Of a stretch of 64,000 nt of DNA, positions 27,430 through 41,920 are shown piece after piece. The number at the start of each line of letters is the position of its first letter. The stretch's first letter is position 1. The stretch comes from Octopus vulgaris. Taxonomy: Eukaryota. The notes under the pieces were generated by a model. It worked only from the letters and a program-made list of their open reading frames with translations. It made no database searches and had not been told where the DNA came from. Location: assembly GCA_951406725.2 (NCBI GenBank), contig OX597836.1, positions 24,180,001 through 24,244,000 on the forward strand. Reading direction: 5' to 3'. A program made the position numbers and the translations under genes.

Positions 27430-29734
27430 AGGTATGGTAATGTTCGCAGTGGATTATAATTGTTGTCGTTCTTGCTTAGCTGCCATGTCTGCTTTGACAG
27501 CTGGGGCATTCGGTTCAATGCATTCCAGCTGTTACGTTAACTTTCATTGTAAGTTTGTCTAAAACATTTCTTTCTCTATTTTAGGATTGTAGGTGTGCTT
27601 CCTGGGAATTTGTCTGTTATTTCCATCAAATTGAGCGACTACACATAGTTTCATTCATTGAAAGATTTAAATAGAGGGCTAAAATGTTTATAACAATCGA
27701 TTCGTTATACAGAAATGCTGTTCTTAACATGGAATGCCCATTTGACATTATATATTCAGTAGAAATTATGGAATCCCATTTCCCCTAGACAATGGACTTT
27801 TGTAACAGCTCAAATGATAAAATTGCCAACTAATTTTTCCTAATAATATCTATTTAATATCTCACTTACTCATAATATACGATGATGTTTAAGATTTTCA
27901 AGTGTTTTGTTATAAATGAAACAGGCCATTTCTTGATTGAAGAAAAATAAATGCGAGATTGTTAAGGTACTGTAAATGTAACTGTTTTTATTATATTCCA
28001 GTTAGCAGATAGTTGTAAAATTATGTACTGAAGTTTCATCCTGCAGGGAATCGAAAAGGGAAAAGCATGGGGTAAGGGGCAAGTGAAATTTTTTTTAATT
28101 GTTTACAATTTCATTGTTGCTAGTTCAAATACCTCTTTGTTCAGAATTGAAAGGATTCATTGATATGAATTTTAATTTTCAACAGTTGATAGCATCACAT
28201 TAGGAGAGAAGCTTAATTTTTATAAAAACAATTCATGTATATAGTTAAACACATCATTATAAGACTTACTAATGGTTAAGTCCAATAGACGTCCAAACTT
28301 ATGTGTTAGATCAATATTAGTTTTCTTATTAAATTGCTCTTGTTGTTGGGTGTTGATATGTTAGCTGCTAATTTAACAGCTACTGGATTTGCAGTATTAA
28401 GTTTTATTTTTCCTATAAATTGAAAATCTTGCGACTGCGTAGGAATTAATATTCCTTTATTGTTTATTTAGATATATGACTCAATGATGTAGATGTAACT
28501 GGAGTCGCTTCTAACTTCAATGCATTTTAATGAAACAAATACCTCAGATCTCAAAGGTATGAACATGGGTTTGAAATTTTCATCTTGAGATTATATGTTA
28601 CACATAAAAAGTAATCACTCCGTTATCAAAATATGTGTCAATAACGCAATCATATAGCTTTAAAAAGTAGGTACATGAGACTTTTCGAAGTCTTGACTTT
28701 TCTTTCATCTAAAGAGAAGTAATTTAATTAATTAATTAATTAATTAATAGAGTCTGAGAAGTATTCTAACAACTGGATGACATTGAGCATGATGAGATCT
28801 ATGCTTAGCTATTTAATCCCCTACGCAAAATTCTGATCAAGCGTTCAAACGATTTTAGTCACATCTCAAGATTAACATACTTATGAATTTGAGAGAGGAA
28901 TTGAATAAGGGAAAACGTCAAAACAAATAATGCAATCACACATGTTTACTCTTATATTTACGAATATGAATTGTGTGATGTTAACCGCTACCTTTATGGT
29001 GGCGATATTTCCTAGATTTTACTTGATGAGTTTGCTGAAGTGAACACTACCTAAAACCTTTGCAGACCCTGCGTAGCCTGTGAGCTTGATGTTGTTAATG
29101 ATCCGGTTAAACTGTTACAGGTAGAAGACTCCAGAAGGCCGATGTTCTGAAAAGGTAGAAATGGCTGGGAATGGTGGAAAATGCGAGGCTGAAAGTTGGA
29201 CGACAAAAAAAAAACAAAACAAAAAAAAAAAAAAACAGTGACGAAAAATGGGAAGACGAGGAGTTTCAGGGATGTCTGAATTTTGGAGGTATAAAACCAA
29301 CCAGTTTCCCAGAATAGATGTCATTGCAGTAGCGAGGTAGATAAAAAGAAAGAATTTGAGAGAGAGAAGAAATTAGAGATACTGAGAGATGTCCTCATAT
29401 ATCGTATATAGCGTATCGTTATATCCGGAGTATAATGTGGTTTCAGATTATATTAGCGTCTTAAGTTTTCCAAAATCCCTGTTAAGCCTAGCTCCCTTCA
29501 AGACGTCCAGTGCTAAAGAACAAACATACCTAGACAATTGTTTTTCATAAGATATACCATAAACAAAGTCTACTTCTCATTTATACAAGTAATCAGATAA
29601 TTTATGTATGTAGGTGGGTGGGTGTAAGAATGAGAGTTGAGTGCATCGGTGTGTCAACATGTATGTATATATAGAGAGATGAGTGAAGAGTACTCAACAC
29701 AGCGTAGAAAAACAAACAACAACACCAATAATAA

Positions 29735-30030
29735 CTGTTTCTAACAAAGATACGAGGGCAAGAATTTGGAGGAAGTATAGAGTTGATTATATTAATCTCT
29801 ATACTCCGAACAACGCTACTAGAAATTTATTATATGAACTGTTCAGGAAACGATGACTTGTAAGCTTAGTGGATTTCTTCGGTACCAGCGCTTGATTTGT
29901 ATTTTCTTTTATCGATCCGGAGCAGAAGAAAAGTAAGGTTCACTTCCTGTGGAGCTCAGACTGAAGCACAAACAGCCAGAAAAAAATATTGCAAGACGCT
30001 ATTCCGTCGATCTAGCGACTCCACCGGTGC
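29735..30030 (-). mobile_element. Old degenerate family A-like SINE
   Basis: TTTTATCGATCCG...AAGTAAGGTTCAC...GAGCTCAGA...CCAGAAAAAATATTGCAAG. Confidence 0.55.
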
Positions 30031-30044
30031 ACTGCTTCCGGGAC

Positions 30045-30126
30045 GATGATGATTATGATAACATTAACAACAATAACAATAACGATGATGATAATAATAA
30101 TAATAATAATGATAATAATAATAATG

Positions 30127-30202
<76 letters not shown>

Positions 30203-30302
30203 TAATAATAAAAATGATAATAGTAATAATAATAATAATAATGATAATAATAATAATAAAAACAACATCAATAATAACTACAACAACAACAACAACAACA
30301 GC

Positions 30303-30336
<34 letters not shown>

Positions 30337-30353
30337 TTAATGATAATGATAAT
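30045..30353. repeat. (AAT)n/(AAC)n microsatellite
   Basis: Seen directly. Confidence 0.98.
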
Positions 30354-30490
30354 TTTTACTAGAGGCACAAGAAGGGCTGAAATTCATTGGGTGGGGCTGT
30401 CAATAAAAGATATTAGTGTTCAATTCGAACATATACTATCGAAACGAAACGGATGGAAAACTGCCATTAAATTTAATATATAGGCTAACA

Positions 30491-30544
<54 letters not shown>

Positions 30545-30549
<5 letters not shown>

Positions 30550-30810
30550 GTAATATATGACAATTATTCGGTAGCCATGATAAAACTCCGTGTTTCGGAT
30601 GTCGGGGTGTAAATCCACGCCGCCATCCCTTCAAATGCTATGTCCGGATAACTGAAGAGATGTCGGCGTGGATTTCCACCTCGACATCCGAAACTCGGAG
30701 TTTTATCATGGCTACCGAATAATTGTCACATATTACATTTACAGATAAATTCCTCTATTTACAAAATATCGAGGTCTCTTTCATTCTTTTGCTGTCTTAC
30801 CATTTCTAAC
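30545..30810 (+). mobile_element. PLE-type terminal fragment with inverted 5' duplication, inserted in (TA)n
   Basis: Inverted arms at 30545-30632 and 30654-30741. The right arm continues for a further ~70 bp and contains a hammerhead. Confidence 0.8.
30647..30707 (+). ncRNA. Type I hammerhead ribozyme motif
   Basis: GAUAA-CUGAAGA-GAUGUCG...CGACAUC-C-GAAA-CUCGGA-GUU-UUAUC. Stem I is 5 bp, stem II is 7 bp plus an inner GUGG/CCAC hairpin, and the site is GUU. Confidence 0.72.
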
Positions 30811-30819
30811 AATATATAT

Positions 30820-30821
30820 GC

Positions 30822-30862
<41 letters not shown>

Positions 30863-31066
30863 TATGTATATACATATATATACATATATATACATATACA
30901 TATACATACATATATATATATATATATATACATATTTATACATTCATGTATACATCTATACATATTTATAAGTATACATAAATATATATACATATTTTGA
31001 TATATATTTATGTTCATACATATATATATACATGTACATATATATATATACACACACATATATATA

Positions 31067-31099
<33 letters not shown>

Positions 31100-31133
31100 A
31101 CATATATATAATATAAAATGTAAATATATATAT

Positions 31134-31164
<31 letters not shown>

Positions 31165-31367
31165 GATAGATAGATAGATAGATAGATAGACAGATAGATA
31201 TATATATTTATATATATATACATACATATATATATATATAACAAATAAAAGTCAGAAGATGGAATATACGAGGATATATTATTAATCACAACAATTGTTT
31301 CGACACGCCTAGCATCGACTCCTCTTGTAAGACACACAAAAGCTGGTACAGGAGTATGCGGCGGTGA

Positions 31368-31437
<70 letters not shown>

Positions 31438-31599
31438 GTATGAGCCTCCGTGCATATCTCCAAATGTATGTGTACGTAGATATATACAAATATATTACAA
31501 ATTTGTCACCCGTATATACATATACATGTGTATCTATACAAATAATATCCACTAAGACACATTCCTTTAAGCATACACATATACATGCACATACATACA

Positions 31600-31676
<77 letters not shown>

Positions 31677-31707
31677 GCATATATAAATTTGTACATATAT
31701 ATATCTG

Positions 31708-31749
<42 letters not shown>

Positions 31750-32056
31750 CATACATGCATTTATTCATCAATATACAAAGAGATATGTTTATATATATAT
31801 ATATATATATGAAAGTATATATATATATATATATATATATATACAAACATACGCATAACAATACACATCATTATGTACACCAACATATTAACATTCATAT
31901 ATACATAGATATATATAAACACACACATATATTTATTTACTCATATGCTTATATATATATATGTACACATATATATATATACGTATATGCACATATATAC
32001 ATACATATACATATATAAATAATATACATATGTATATACATATATGTATATGCATG

Positions 32057-32089
<33 letters not shown>

Positions 32090-32140
32090 GAATACACACA
32101 TATATTTGTGTATATACATACATGTATATATATATATAAA

Positions 32141-32228
<88 letters not shown>
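30820..32228. repeat. Degenerate (TA)n field
   Basis: Seen directly. It holds a short insert at ~31240-31368 that contains GAAAC-AAUU-GUU on the minus strand. Confidence 0.93.
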
Positions 32229-32230
<2 letters not shown>

Positions 32231-32295
32231 GGTCCCGGGTTGAGTCGGGGTTAACCACAGTAAATAAGGTACTCAATACCTAGCAGAGTAAAGTA

Positions 32296-32407
32296 ATTTA
32301 TTTTATAGAAGGAGCTTCTACAGGACTAGAACTGTTTCATTCAGATTATATTCTTCAGGAAGCTTTCTGAGTTCTAGTCCTGTAGAAGCTCCTTCTATAA
32401 AATAAAT
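32296..32407. repeat. 38-bp inverted repeat within a (TA)n-embedded insert
   Basis: ATTTATTTTATAGAAGGAGCTTCTACAGGACTAGAACT / AGTTCTAGTCCTGTAGAAGCTCCTTCTATAAAATAAAT. Confidence 0.93.
32313..32364 (-). ncRNA. Type I hammerhead ribozyme motif (weak stem II)
   Basis: AGCUUC-CUGAAGA-AUAUAAUCUGAAU-GAAA-CAG-UUCUAGUC-CUG-UA-GAAGCU. Stem I is 6 bp, stem III is 4 bp, and the site is GUA. Confidence 0.72.
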
Positions 32408-32552
32408 ATATATATATAGTCTGTTATTCTTATATATTTTATTTTCTTCTCTTTCTTTTGCATGTTTCCCTTTATAGGGTGCGGTCATGCAGGAGCACTG
32501 CCTATGTAATCACATTTCAGTGGGCATTTTTATGCAACTAGATATACAGATA

Positions 32553-32639
<87 letters not shown>

Positions 32640-32670
32640 GTATATTTGTATATGTCTATATATGTATATG

Positions 32671-32737
<67 letters not shown>

Positions 32738-34506
32738 CCATACAAAGATATACATATATATACATAGATATGTTGATATATATTTTTTCATATATATGCA
32801 TATATATATACATACATGTCCATATCTGTACATACTTAAGCATATATATACATGTATATACACATATACATATACACACATATATATAAGTATATATCTA
32901 CATATAAACATATATATATATATATATCTAAACATACATACATACTTATGTTTACGAATAAATGCTGATATACAGATACTCATATTTTTTACTTATATAT
33001 ACTTACGCATTTTTATATTTACATATTCATATATATATATTTATATGCACGTAATTGGAAGGAACTTTTCATTTCCCTATGCAAATGTTGTATTCCATTG
33101 ATCGATATTCAGTTGCAGAATGCTAATGTATCTCTGCAATAATAACTTTTTGGCTTCGTATTTATCGCATTAATTACTTGAGTAACATCAGTCAATGAAA
33201 CTGAATTGCGAAATGTTTATGTTAAGGTGATTATACACAGAAGAATATATACTGTATGGGCTTTTACTTAAACTTTAAAAATGGGTTTTTGTACGTGTGT
33301 GTGTACATATGTGTGTGAGAGAGAGAAAGAGATGGAGAGAGAAAGTGGGGGGCTTACATCTAAGCCCATTGTTCTTAATTTGAAATCACGTCAAACACGC
33401 TTACTGTGGATTTTCCGTCAGCTAATTTTACAATTATCAAACTTTGTCACTTTTATTAAATTTAATTAACGTAAAAAGTATTTGTAAACTACTTGAAAAC
33501 GTTAATTTTTCGACATTTCAAAGTATAAGTTGTCTGATGAGATTCTGTTTATAAGACAGTTGACGATATGGAATATAAAATATATCATATGTCGTAACAT
33601 AACTTCCGTCTGTGACGTTTATATTTGAAACGATTGAATATTCGAAAATAGTATTCTGTCGTGAAAATGTCATAGTAAATGTACACCAAAAATATATATA
33701 TATTTAGAAGGAAAGCTACTTTAGGAAATCAGTGAGGAAATTAAGTTATACATACAAAATGTACACATATGCACACACGCTATTCTTAAATTAGTGTCAG
33801 ATGAAATCATAAACATAAAATTAAGAAGCAGAAAACTTCGAAAACATTTATTTTGTCTTATTTTATTTTATCACTGGATTTTGCAATTTAAATATTTTAT
33901 CCCGACATTTCCTGTGTGCAACGAAAACAAAACTTAAAGATAAAACAGCTACAAAATATTGTCTTAAAAATAGTAATATTTAAAACTCTCTAACAGGGTA
34001 AGAAAAGAAACCACTGTATCACAGTTCGCTGAAAATGTAAATAATATTTTAATTATAATTAAAGTGTCTTAACTTGGAATACGTTTAAATTTTGAAGCGT
34101 AATGAAATGTCTCAAAAGATTTAAGTGAAATGGAAAATAACTTAAGAAAACAAATGTATTTTAAGTAAAGATTAAATATATATATATTAGAAGATTTCAT
34201 ACTTTTAGATGGTATGTATTTTATTTAAAAACAATTATTCGTATAGTCATTCAAAGAATTTGTCGATATCTAGCATAAGTAATTTCCTCGTATTATTGGA
34301 TAAAACTTAGAAGTTATATAAATTAGTACATGCAATAAATAAAGGGAACTCAGCCAATGATACGCTAACATTTGACATCTTGCAGGGCTATTGCAAAAGG
34401 ACTTGGGAAACTTATATCGCACCCATCTCCAAAGGGTACGTCTGCATATATATATATATATATATATGTGTAAAGTTAATATGTAGTTCAGGCTTCCTCA
34501 ATAATA

Positions 34507-34579
<73 letters not shown>

Positions 34580-34843
34580 CAATAATAAACTACTTTCTAT
34601 GAAATTAAAACATTACAACATACATCTGCCTTCTTTATTTTATTATTAACGATATCAATTCAATTCAATTATGATCGTTCTCAACAAATTTGATGTGAAT
34701 CATTAATTAAAACAAATAGAAATATACATATTCATTTATAGCGTTGCTATAGAAACTTGTAGGAAAACCCAATTATGCAAATTTTTTCAAGCTGTTAATT
34801 ATAGCAGTCAGCTGTAGACTGTGTACATGCGTGGATGTGACAG

Positions 34844-34918
<75 letters not shown>

Positions 34919-35084
34919 TGTATGTATGTATGTATGTATGTATGCTTGTATGTATGTATGCTTGTATGTATGTATGTATGTGTGTGTGTATGTATGTATG
35001 TATGCTTGTATGTATGTATGTATGTATATATGTAATCCTGTGTGTATTGAAATAATGTTTGGAGAGTATAAAAGCCGTACTTAC

Positions 35085-35106
35085 CACCAAAGTCCAATTA
35101 TGTTGA
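35085..35106 (-). other. Candidate 22-nt microexon (or the 3' end of a longer exon)
   Basis: Minus strand: ctttatttctacttgatgtttccag|TCAACATAATTGGACTTTGGTG|gtaagtac. Confidence 0.45.
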
Positions 35107-35674
35107 CTGGAAACATCAAGTAGAAATAAAGACCCACTAATATAGTTTGAAATCGCATGTTTGTGCAACGTGTTTCATGTATGTCTCTATACACGTGTTG
35201 CTGTTGTTGCTACTGCTGCTGCAAGTCACATAAGTCTATAAATTTGGCGGACGGGGGAGAGAGAGAGAGACGAAGAATGAAGGGGGTTTAGTATTTGGTT
35301 TTATTTATGCTTTTGTGTATAATATTTAAAAAAAAAACTAAAGGAGAGCTGCCCAAACTCAAAGTTTATGTGATATCAATAGCGAATAAATATATGGATA
35401 TGAGGATGACAGATAGGACTGTTTCAAGAAGAGCAGCTCAGCTGGACTGATAGATACTATTCAGATTGTTTTATGGAAAAGCAATGTGTTGTCTGCTACT
35501 CGGAAATATTTGGACGCAGATAGAAAATACACTTACGTTTACACTAATATTTTTAATATTCATAACGCATTAGTTTTACTAACAATTTCATATGCGTACA
35601 ATATGTGTATGCGTGTGTCTTTATACATTAGTGTGTTGATATATGCATATATACAATGTGTGTATGCACGCGCC

Positions 35675-35719
<45 letters not shown>

Positions 35720-35866
35720 GAGAGAGAGAGAGTGTATGTGTGTGTATATATATATATATATATCGAGAGAGAGAGAGAGAGAGTGATAGATAGATTTCTG
35801 AATCTATAAATATATGTGAATATATGTATATATTTGTTTATATGTACGTATATGTGTGTGTGTGTT

Positions 35867-35909
<43 letters not shown>

Positions 35910-36104
35910 GTGTATATGTATTATGCTAACATATTGGTATGCATATATATGTGGTTGTGTTTTTGTTGTTGTATATGTACATATATATATAACACACACT
36001 AAAACTTAAGAATTATTTTTAATAGTTAAAACTATATAAAATACCATCTATTTTTTTCTGTATAAATTGTAAGGATTTCCTTATTAACTTTTATATATTG
36101 TGTT

Positions 36105-36142
<38 letters not shown>

Positions 36143-36719
36143 TTTATTATTAATTATTTTATTAATTACTATTTTAAGGAAACATTGTTCTTAAAAGAAA
36201 TCGTTATTATGATTATTAATGCATTCAGCAGCCGCACAGATTCAATGACATCTTATAAATCAATGTAAACAAATCCTAAGATTTTGTTTTATATAACTCA
36301 CTTAACCCACCCCCTTTTAGCTCATCGGAATACTAGCGAGGGAATAAATATTTTCGATACATATTATTTATTATGTTCCTATGTAAAAATGCTTTTGAAA
36401 AAGTTTCCATAAAGTCGACACTATTTCCTCCATTTAAGATCCAACTCATAACTAACAACACAATAAAATGTTCCGATTTAACGAATCGATATTTCGAGCA
36501 TTTACTCCGCTACTCAATACATTTTATTCCCCATTTCCTGGATTTGAATTTTAGCGATTTCTCATTGCCGTTGTTGTCTGTAAGTGGAGGTCTTGTAGTG
36601 ATAGTGGCGGTGGTGGTGAACTGACATATTTTCGGGATGAGGGTGGGGGTGATGTTGAAAGCAACATTGTTAAATAATTGTTTTTATTTTTTTGGTTTGC
36701 TTTGTTTTATCTGTGTTTC

Positions 36720-36969
36720 TACCAATATTTAGAACACCCAACTTTCGCCAATAGGCCAATCGGTGACCAGAAATGGCATCATTTTCGTTTTCTCTCTGTT
36801 GTTCCAGTTTGTATGTATAGAAGACTATTGGATTGTCATTTTATTTTTTAAGGGCAAGTGTGTGTATGTATCCCTCAATTGAATGACTGCGCGCGCTTGT
36901 GTGTGTGAGTGTCTATGTGAGAGAAGGAAAAAGAGAGAGTGAGAGAGTGTGTGTGTGTGTGAGTGTGTA

Positions 36970-37033
<64 letters not shown>

Positions 37034-37265
37034 TATGCGTGTAGAATGTCGTGCGCGTGCGCATGTCATGGATCTCTCCTCTGGTTGTAAAGCCTGGTAA
37101 AGTAGCCGCCCACTCGCTTGAAGTTTAGCAGTCAATCACTGCTGAAGCTAGAGAGCTGCCACTGCCATTATCACATAGCGCCTGCTGGTGAGTGAATGAG
37201 AGAATGAGACATAGCTGAAGACTACAGAACGGGGGGAAAACTAACATTCTATTGGCCAATGAAGA
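36720..37265. promoter_or_regulatory. Candidate promoter or enhancer
   Basis: Unique sequence enriched in CpG and GC relative to its flanks. Clustered CCAAT boxes (~36722, 36748, 36756 and ATTGGCCAAT at 37251-37260), NRF1-like TGCGCGTGCGCA (~37052-37063), and Inr-like TCATTC on the minus strand at 36881-36886. Confidence 0.45.
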
Positions 37266-37732
37266 CCACGTTACATGTTAGCCAAACCATAGTGAACTTC
37301 TTTCTTTTCTTCCTTTTCAATTTAATACATACCTACCGTACAAGACAATCGTAATTGTACATAAATAATGGCTAGTATTCGGATTAATTTATAAGATTTC
37401 AACATACACTTTTTTAAATCTTTTTTAATTTGTTATTTAGGTTGTATTATTTCAAGTACAGCTTGTTAGTATTAATATATTTATCCGAGAAATTCTTTTC
37501 TGATAGTCAAACTTCAAATATTTTCTAGATCAAAATCTACAGATTACGTTTACGTTAATAAATTAGTTTCCATTTGTATGTAATACTATGTTACTATGAG
37601 AAAAATATTCTAAACATTATAAAACTCTCTACAAACACACGAACATTCGCTTGTGTAAATATTTGCTGATATACAGATTTTATATATAAACATATATATA
37701 AATATGTGTGTGTGTATGTGTGTGTGTGTGTG

Positions 37733-37778
<46 letters not shown>

Positions 37779-37932
37779 TGCGTCTGTAAGTATTTTTAAC
37801 TTTATATATAACAGCTATTTATTCAGAAGTTACGTAATTCTTTTGCTGATACTCTATCTGATCCACTATCAGAGTTTTTTTTATATACATCAGTCTGTAT
37901 GCAAATATTTTGTATGTGTGTATGGGTATATA

Positions 37933-37985
<53 letters not shown>

Positions 37986-38062
37986 TATGTCTATAGCTAT
38001 CTGTTTAACTATCTATCTAACAATTTACCTCCCTATCTATCTCTTTCATATATATACATATA

Positions 38063-38093
<31 letters not shown>

Positions 38094-38407
38094 ATACACA
38101 CTTTTCGTGCCAAAGGGTACTCATTAAACAGTAAAATAATGTAGTATCCTTATGTTCCGTCACTTTTGTTTCCACTGACGATTGGCTGGTTTGAATTCGG
38201 TAATATATTTTGCTTCAAATCAGTGAGGTTTTTTTCCAATTATTTGAAAATAAATTGCAATAAGTACTTGCATATTCTAATCATACTAGCTTAATTATTA
38301 AGGACAGAAAGTTGATAATTCAGCAACAACATTTTCGTTTGGTATTTTCCAATCTTGTTCAACTTTTTGAGACCTAAAATATAGAAAATAGAAAATAAAC
38401 ATTCGGA

Positions 38408-38468
<61 letters not shown>

Positions 38469-38534
38469 CGTGCGCGCGTGTTTGTGTGTGTGTGTGTGTG
38501 TGTGCGTGCATGTGTGTTTCTCTATTTCTCCCCT

Positions 38535-38585
<51 letters not shown>

Positions 38586-38621
38586 TATATATACATACAT
38601 ATATATACATATATATAAATA

Positions 38622-38692
<71 letters not shown>

Positions 38693-39518
38693 GTGTATGT
38701 GTGTATGTATATATATAGGTATATGTAATGCTGAATGAGTATAAGCTGAATGTTATTTGAAGTCTGTACAATGTTACCAGCTTTATGACACCTTCCGGTA
38801 TAAATAAAGAGAATTCATTCTTTACCGAAACAAATTGATTTGCTAAACACGCTGGATGAAGAGCAAAAGTTGATCCTCATCTGAATCGAGCAACGAATAA
38901 TGAAGCAGCGACTAGTATTCGAAGCAGCAAACTTCGTACACGAGTTGATTCTATCAAATACACGTTTTATCATCTATATTCCAATAAAATTCCTTATTTT
39001 CCTATATGTGTTTTGAGATAATAGAAATACCTCTCATGTTCTCTGGTAGCGGTGTCTTTCCTATAGAAAGATCATTCCAGAAAATATTTCGCTGATAAAA
39101 TTATGTCAAGTTTCTTATGGTAAACAATGAGGATGACAATGAAGAGATTAAATAACATACTATATAGATGACAAAATATCCTCTCAACTATAAAGTTCTT
39201 GATACGAATTTTTGGAAACGATCAAATACTTTTAACATTTAACCTAATGAAAGAGCCTTGAATGTTCAAATGACCATAATTTTCAACATAGCTATCGAAC
39301 GAAGATGATAGGAAAATGGACAGCAGAAACACCTATACTTTTCTGAAAGCTACAAGAAGAATGCAAAATATACTGCGAGCTGATTGCAGACAATACTTGA
39401 TAGAACTCACCTTTATTATATTGTTAATACATCTTGGCAACGTTAAAGTAAAATAACAAACGAGTACTGGATTAAATTTTCCCCTCTCCCACCTAAAAAC
39501 TGCTGCTTGGTTCCTAAA

Positions 39519-39812
39519 TCTTTATATATAAAAGTAAGGTTGTGTGTCTGTCTCCTACGATTTAGATTCCTAACTACTCCACATTTTGCGGTGCAGTTTA
39601 ACCAAAACTGGGTATCTTATAGTCGTGATTCATATCGAGCCCTTCCGGGTATCAGCGCGCGTCTAAGATGAGTCTACGATTTAAAAAAAAATTACCATCA
39701 TTTTTTTCCCATTTTTAATGCATTTTTTGCTATTTTTTGGCTATAACTCTCTAAAAATGCTTATATGGTTATTTCCCTTACAAACCCGAGCAATGCCGGG
39801 CGATACTGCTAG
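39519..39812 (+). mobile_element. Non-autonomous Helitron (294 bp)
   Basis: A|TC 5' end, subterminal hairpin CCCGAGCAATGCCGGG, CTAG|T 3' end. Inserted between A and T with no TSD. Confidence 0.9.
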
Positions 39813-40949
39813 TTAGAAATAATTATTAAATGAAAGAGTAAACTTTGAACGACTCGCTGACTCGATTCTATTTTAACATTCACAGCACGATTTGTTTTAA
39901 TTAAAAAGAAATTATTTATAATTGTTTCAGAATCAAGGGAGCGTTTAATGTCCCCCGAAATATTAAAAATATTACAAACTCTCTAAAAGTTATTTGATTC
40001 CTGTGTTTTTCTAGAAATGTTTCTGTGTATTTTTGTTTATCTAACAAATAATTCAATCTAATACCTCACACTTTCTTAGTTTTGTACACCTTTATTAATA
40101 ACATATATGTAATTTCCCTCATTGACTTCCATAGAAAATATCAAAATCTGGATCTTATCCTGTACATATATTAAACAATATAAGTAAATGAGAGTGTTCT
40201 GATGAAATTTATAATTTGCATGATTCTGATGAATTATATAAAATTTTGAAATAGGATCTATAGTAACGTCTGTTCTTAATAAATAGAAAATATTTGAAAC
40301 AAGCATCAAAAATGTTTCATATATATACATCTCTCAATTTTCTTCCGTCCAATTTTATATATTTTAAAAAGATTTTGTAAAATTTCAAACAAATATTTAT
40401 TCCAAAGACAACAAACTCTTTTGGAATTTTAGAACTGTAGATCTGTTCTTCCTTGCAAGTAATTGCCTCAGCTAACGAAGAAAATCATCAGCAAACTCTG
40501 TAGCTGGAACTCTTGTATTGACCATTCGTACTGAAACATTAGTTTTCTTTCTAAGCAGTGATCTAGCTATCAGATGTAGGCTGGAGTCACGGGTTATCAT
40601 GGCAGACAGTAGCGGGAAACTTGGTAAATAGCCTATGGGGAATTAATCCAAAAATGAATGGGAAGAGCAACGTCGAAACTATGTACCAAGACGTCGTGAA
40701 TCGTTCCCTATAACCATAATGACAATTCTCCAGTAGATATGACTTGTTAACCGAATACGTAAAATATTACTTAACCTATTCTTAGCCAAAATTTTTGTAC
40801 TTTGTAAAAAGATAAATTAGATTCTGGCACATCCATATCTTTCTCAAAACAACAGAGGTATATGTAAAGCAATTTGGGACAATATTTCTTGGTAAATACA
40901 CAGTCAACCGCCGCCTGACTTAAAGTCGTAACGTAAAGTGCCCAACTAA

Positions 40950-41920
40950 CACAAAACAAGTTATCTACCACGAACAGGTCTGTTAACAGTATGACAATAA
41001 AGTATCCTAAAGATGGTTCAGTCAGAGAAACAGTTGTTGAGATTGTAAACTAATGTATTCCAATTAAGTTTAATGTTACTATTACAAAGAAATGTTACTA
41101 TTATAAAAGAATTCTAACAAAAATATTTCAGACGTATACAACTTCCTTTAAAAATGTAAACTGTAATAAAGAGAAATTGCTTCGTAAAATTTTTAATTCG
41201 TCTTTTGTCTCAAATTTTATTTGTTTAATAACCAGAGAAATATTTGTGAAATTCATGAATCCACTAAGAAATTTAATAATCAGAGATCTTTAAAACAATC
41301 ATTTCTTAGTAGAGTAGCTTATATTTAAAAGTAGACGGTTGACTATTATTTTATTAACGACTAAAATAAATCAGCGGATTGACTGTGAGCTCAAATATTA
41401 TTTTCTTTGAAGAAAAAACTTTGCTATCCGCATCCACTGGAGTACAAGAGACAAAATAGCGACAAGATTTGAAACTGAGATTGCATAAGCATTAAAGTTC
41501 GGTTTCTATTAGTTACTAAATACAAGTGAAAATAGCTATTATCAATCTATGTTAACTAGATTGGAAATTAGAGGGTTAGTGTAAGCAAAATAAGACACAA
41601 GAAAACGAAAAGGAAAACTCCAACATGTCTCACTCAACACGAGAGATATATTTAGAAATTAATTTAACTTGAATCAAACAATATATCGATATAATAGAAT
41701 TGAAAGTAAGCAGCCTGTACCACTCGAGAAGTACTGGAATTCTGACAAATATAAATATTTGATAGCGATTCAAATGTGTTTAAACTGACAAGACAGCCTT
41801 AATGTTTCGAATATACATTCATGATAAACTGCCTTTTATATCTCTTTCAGCACCAAGCTTTATTCTGTGTAAAAAAAGAGAAATGTGATTATATTATAAA
41901 AAATACAAATAACTACTTCG
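40950..41920 (+). mobile_element. Very old Penelope-like remnant
   Basis: Faint GIY-YIG-like remnants: KQYIDIIELK at ~41675-41705 and a C-x-x-x-EK-like region at ~41860-41890, in the same order as in the 50215 element. Confidence 0.35.

Noticed and set aside
37176-37191. CTCF-like site TCACCAGCAGGCGCT on the minus strand
   Set aside because: Three mismatches to the core consensus; it cannot be supported without ChIP data.
40222-40268. CUGAUGA...GAAA-UAG-GAU-CUA-UA hammerhead-like string
   Set aside because: Stem I does not pair and stem II is weak and AU-only, so it is probably chance in AT-rich DNA.
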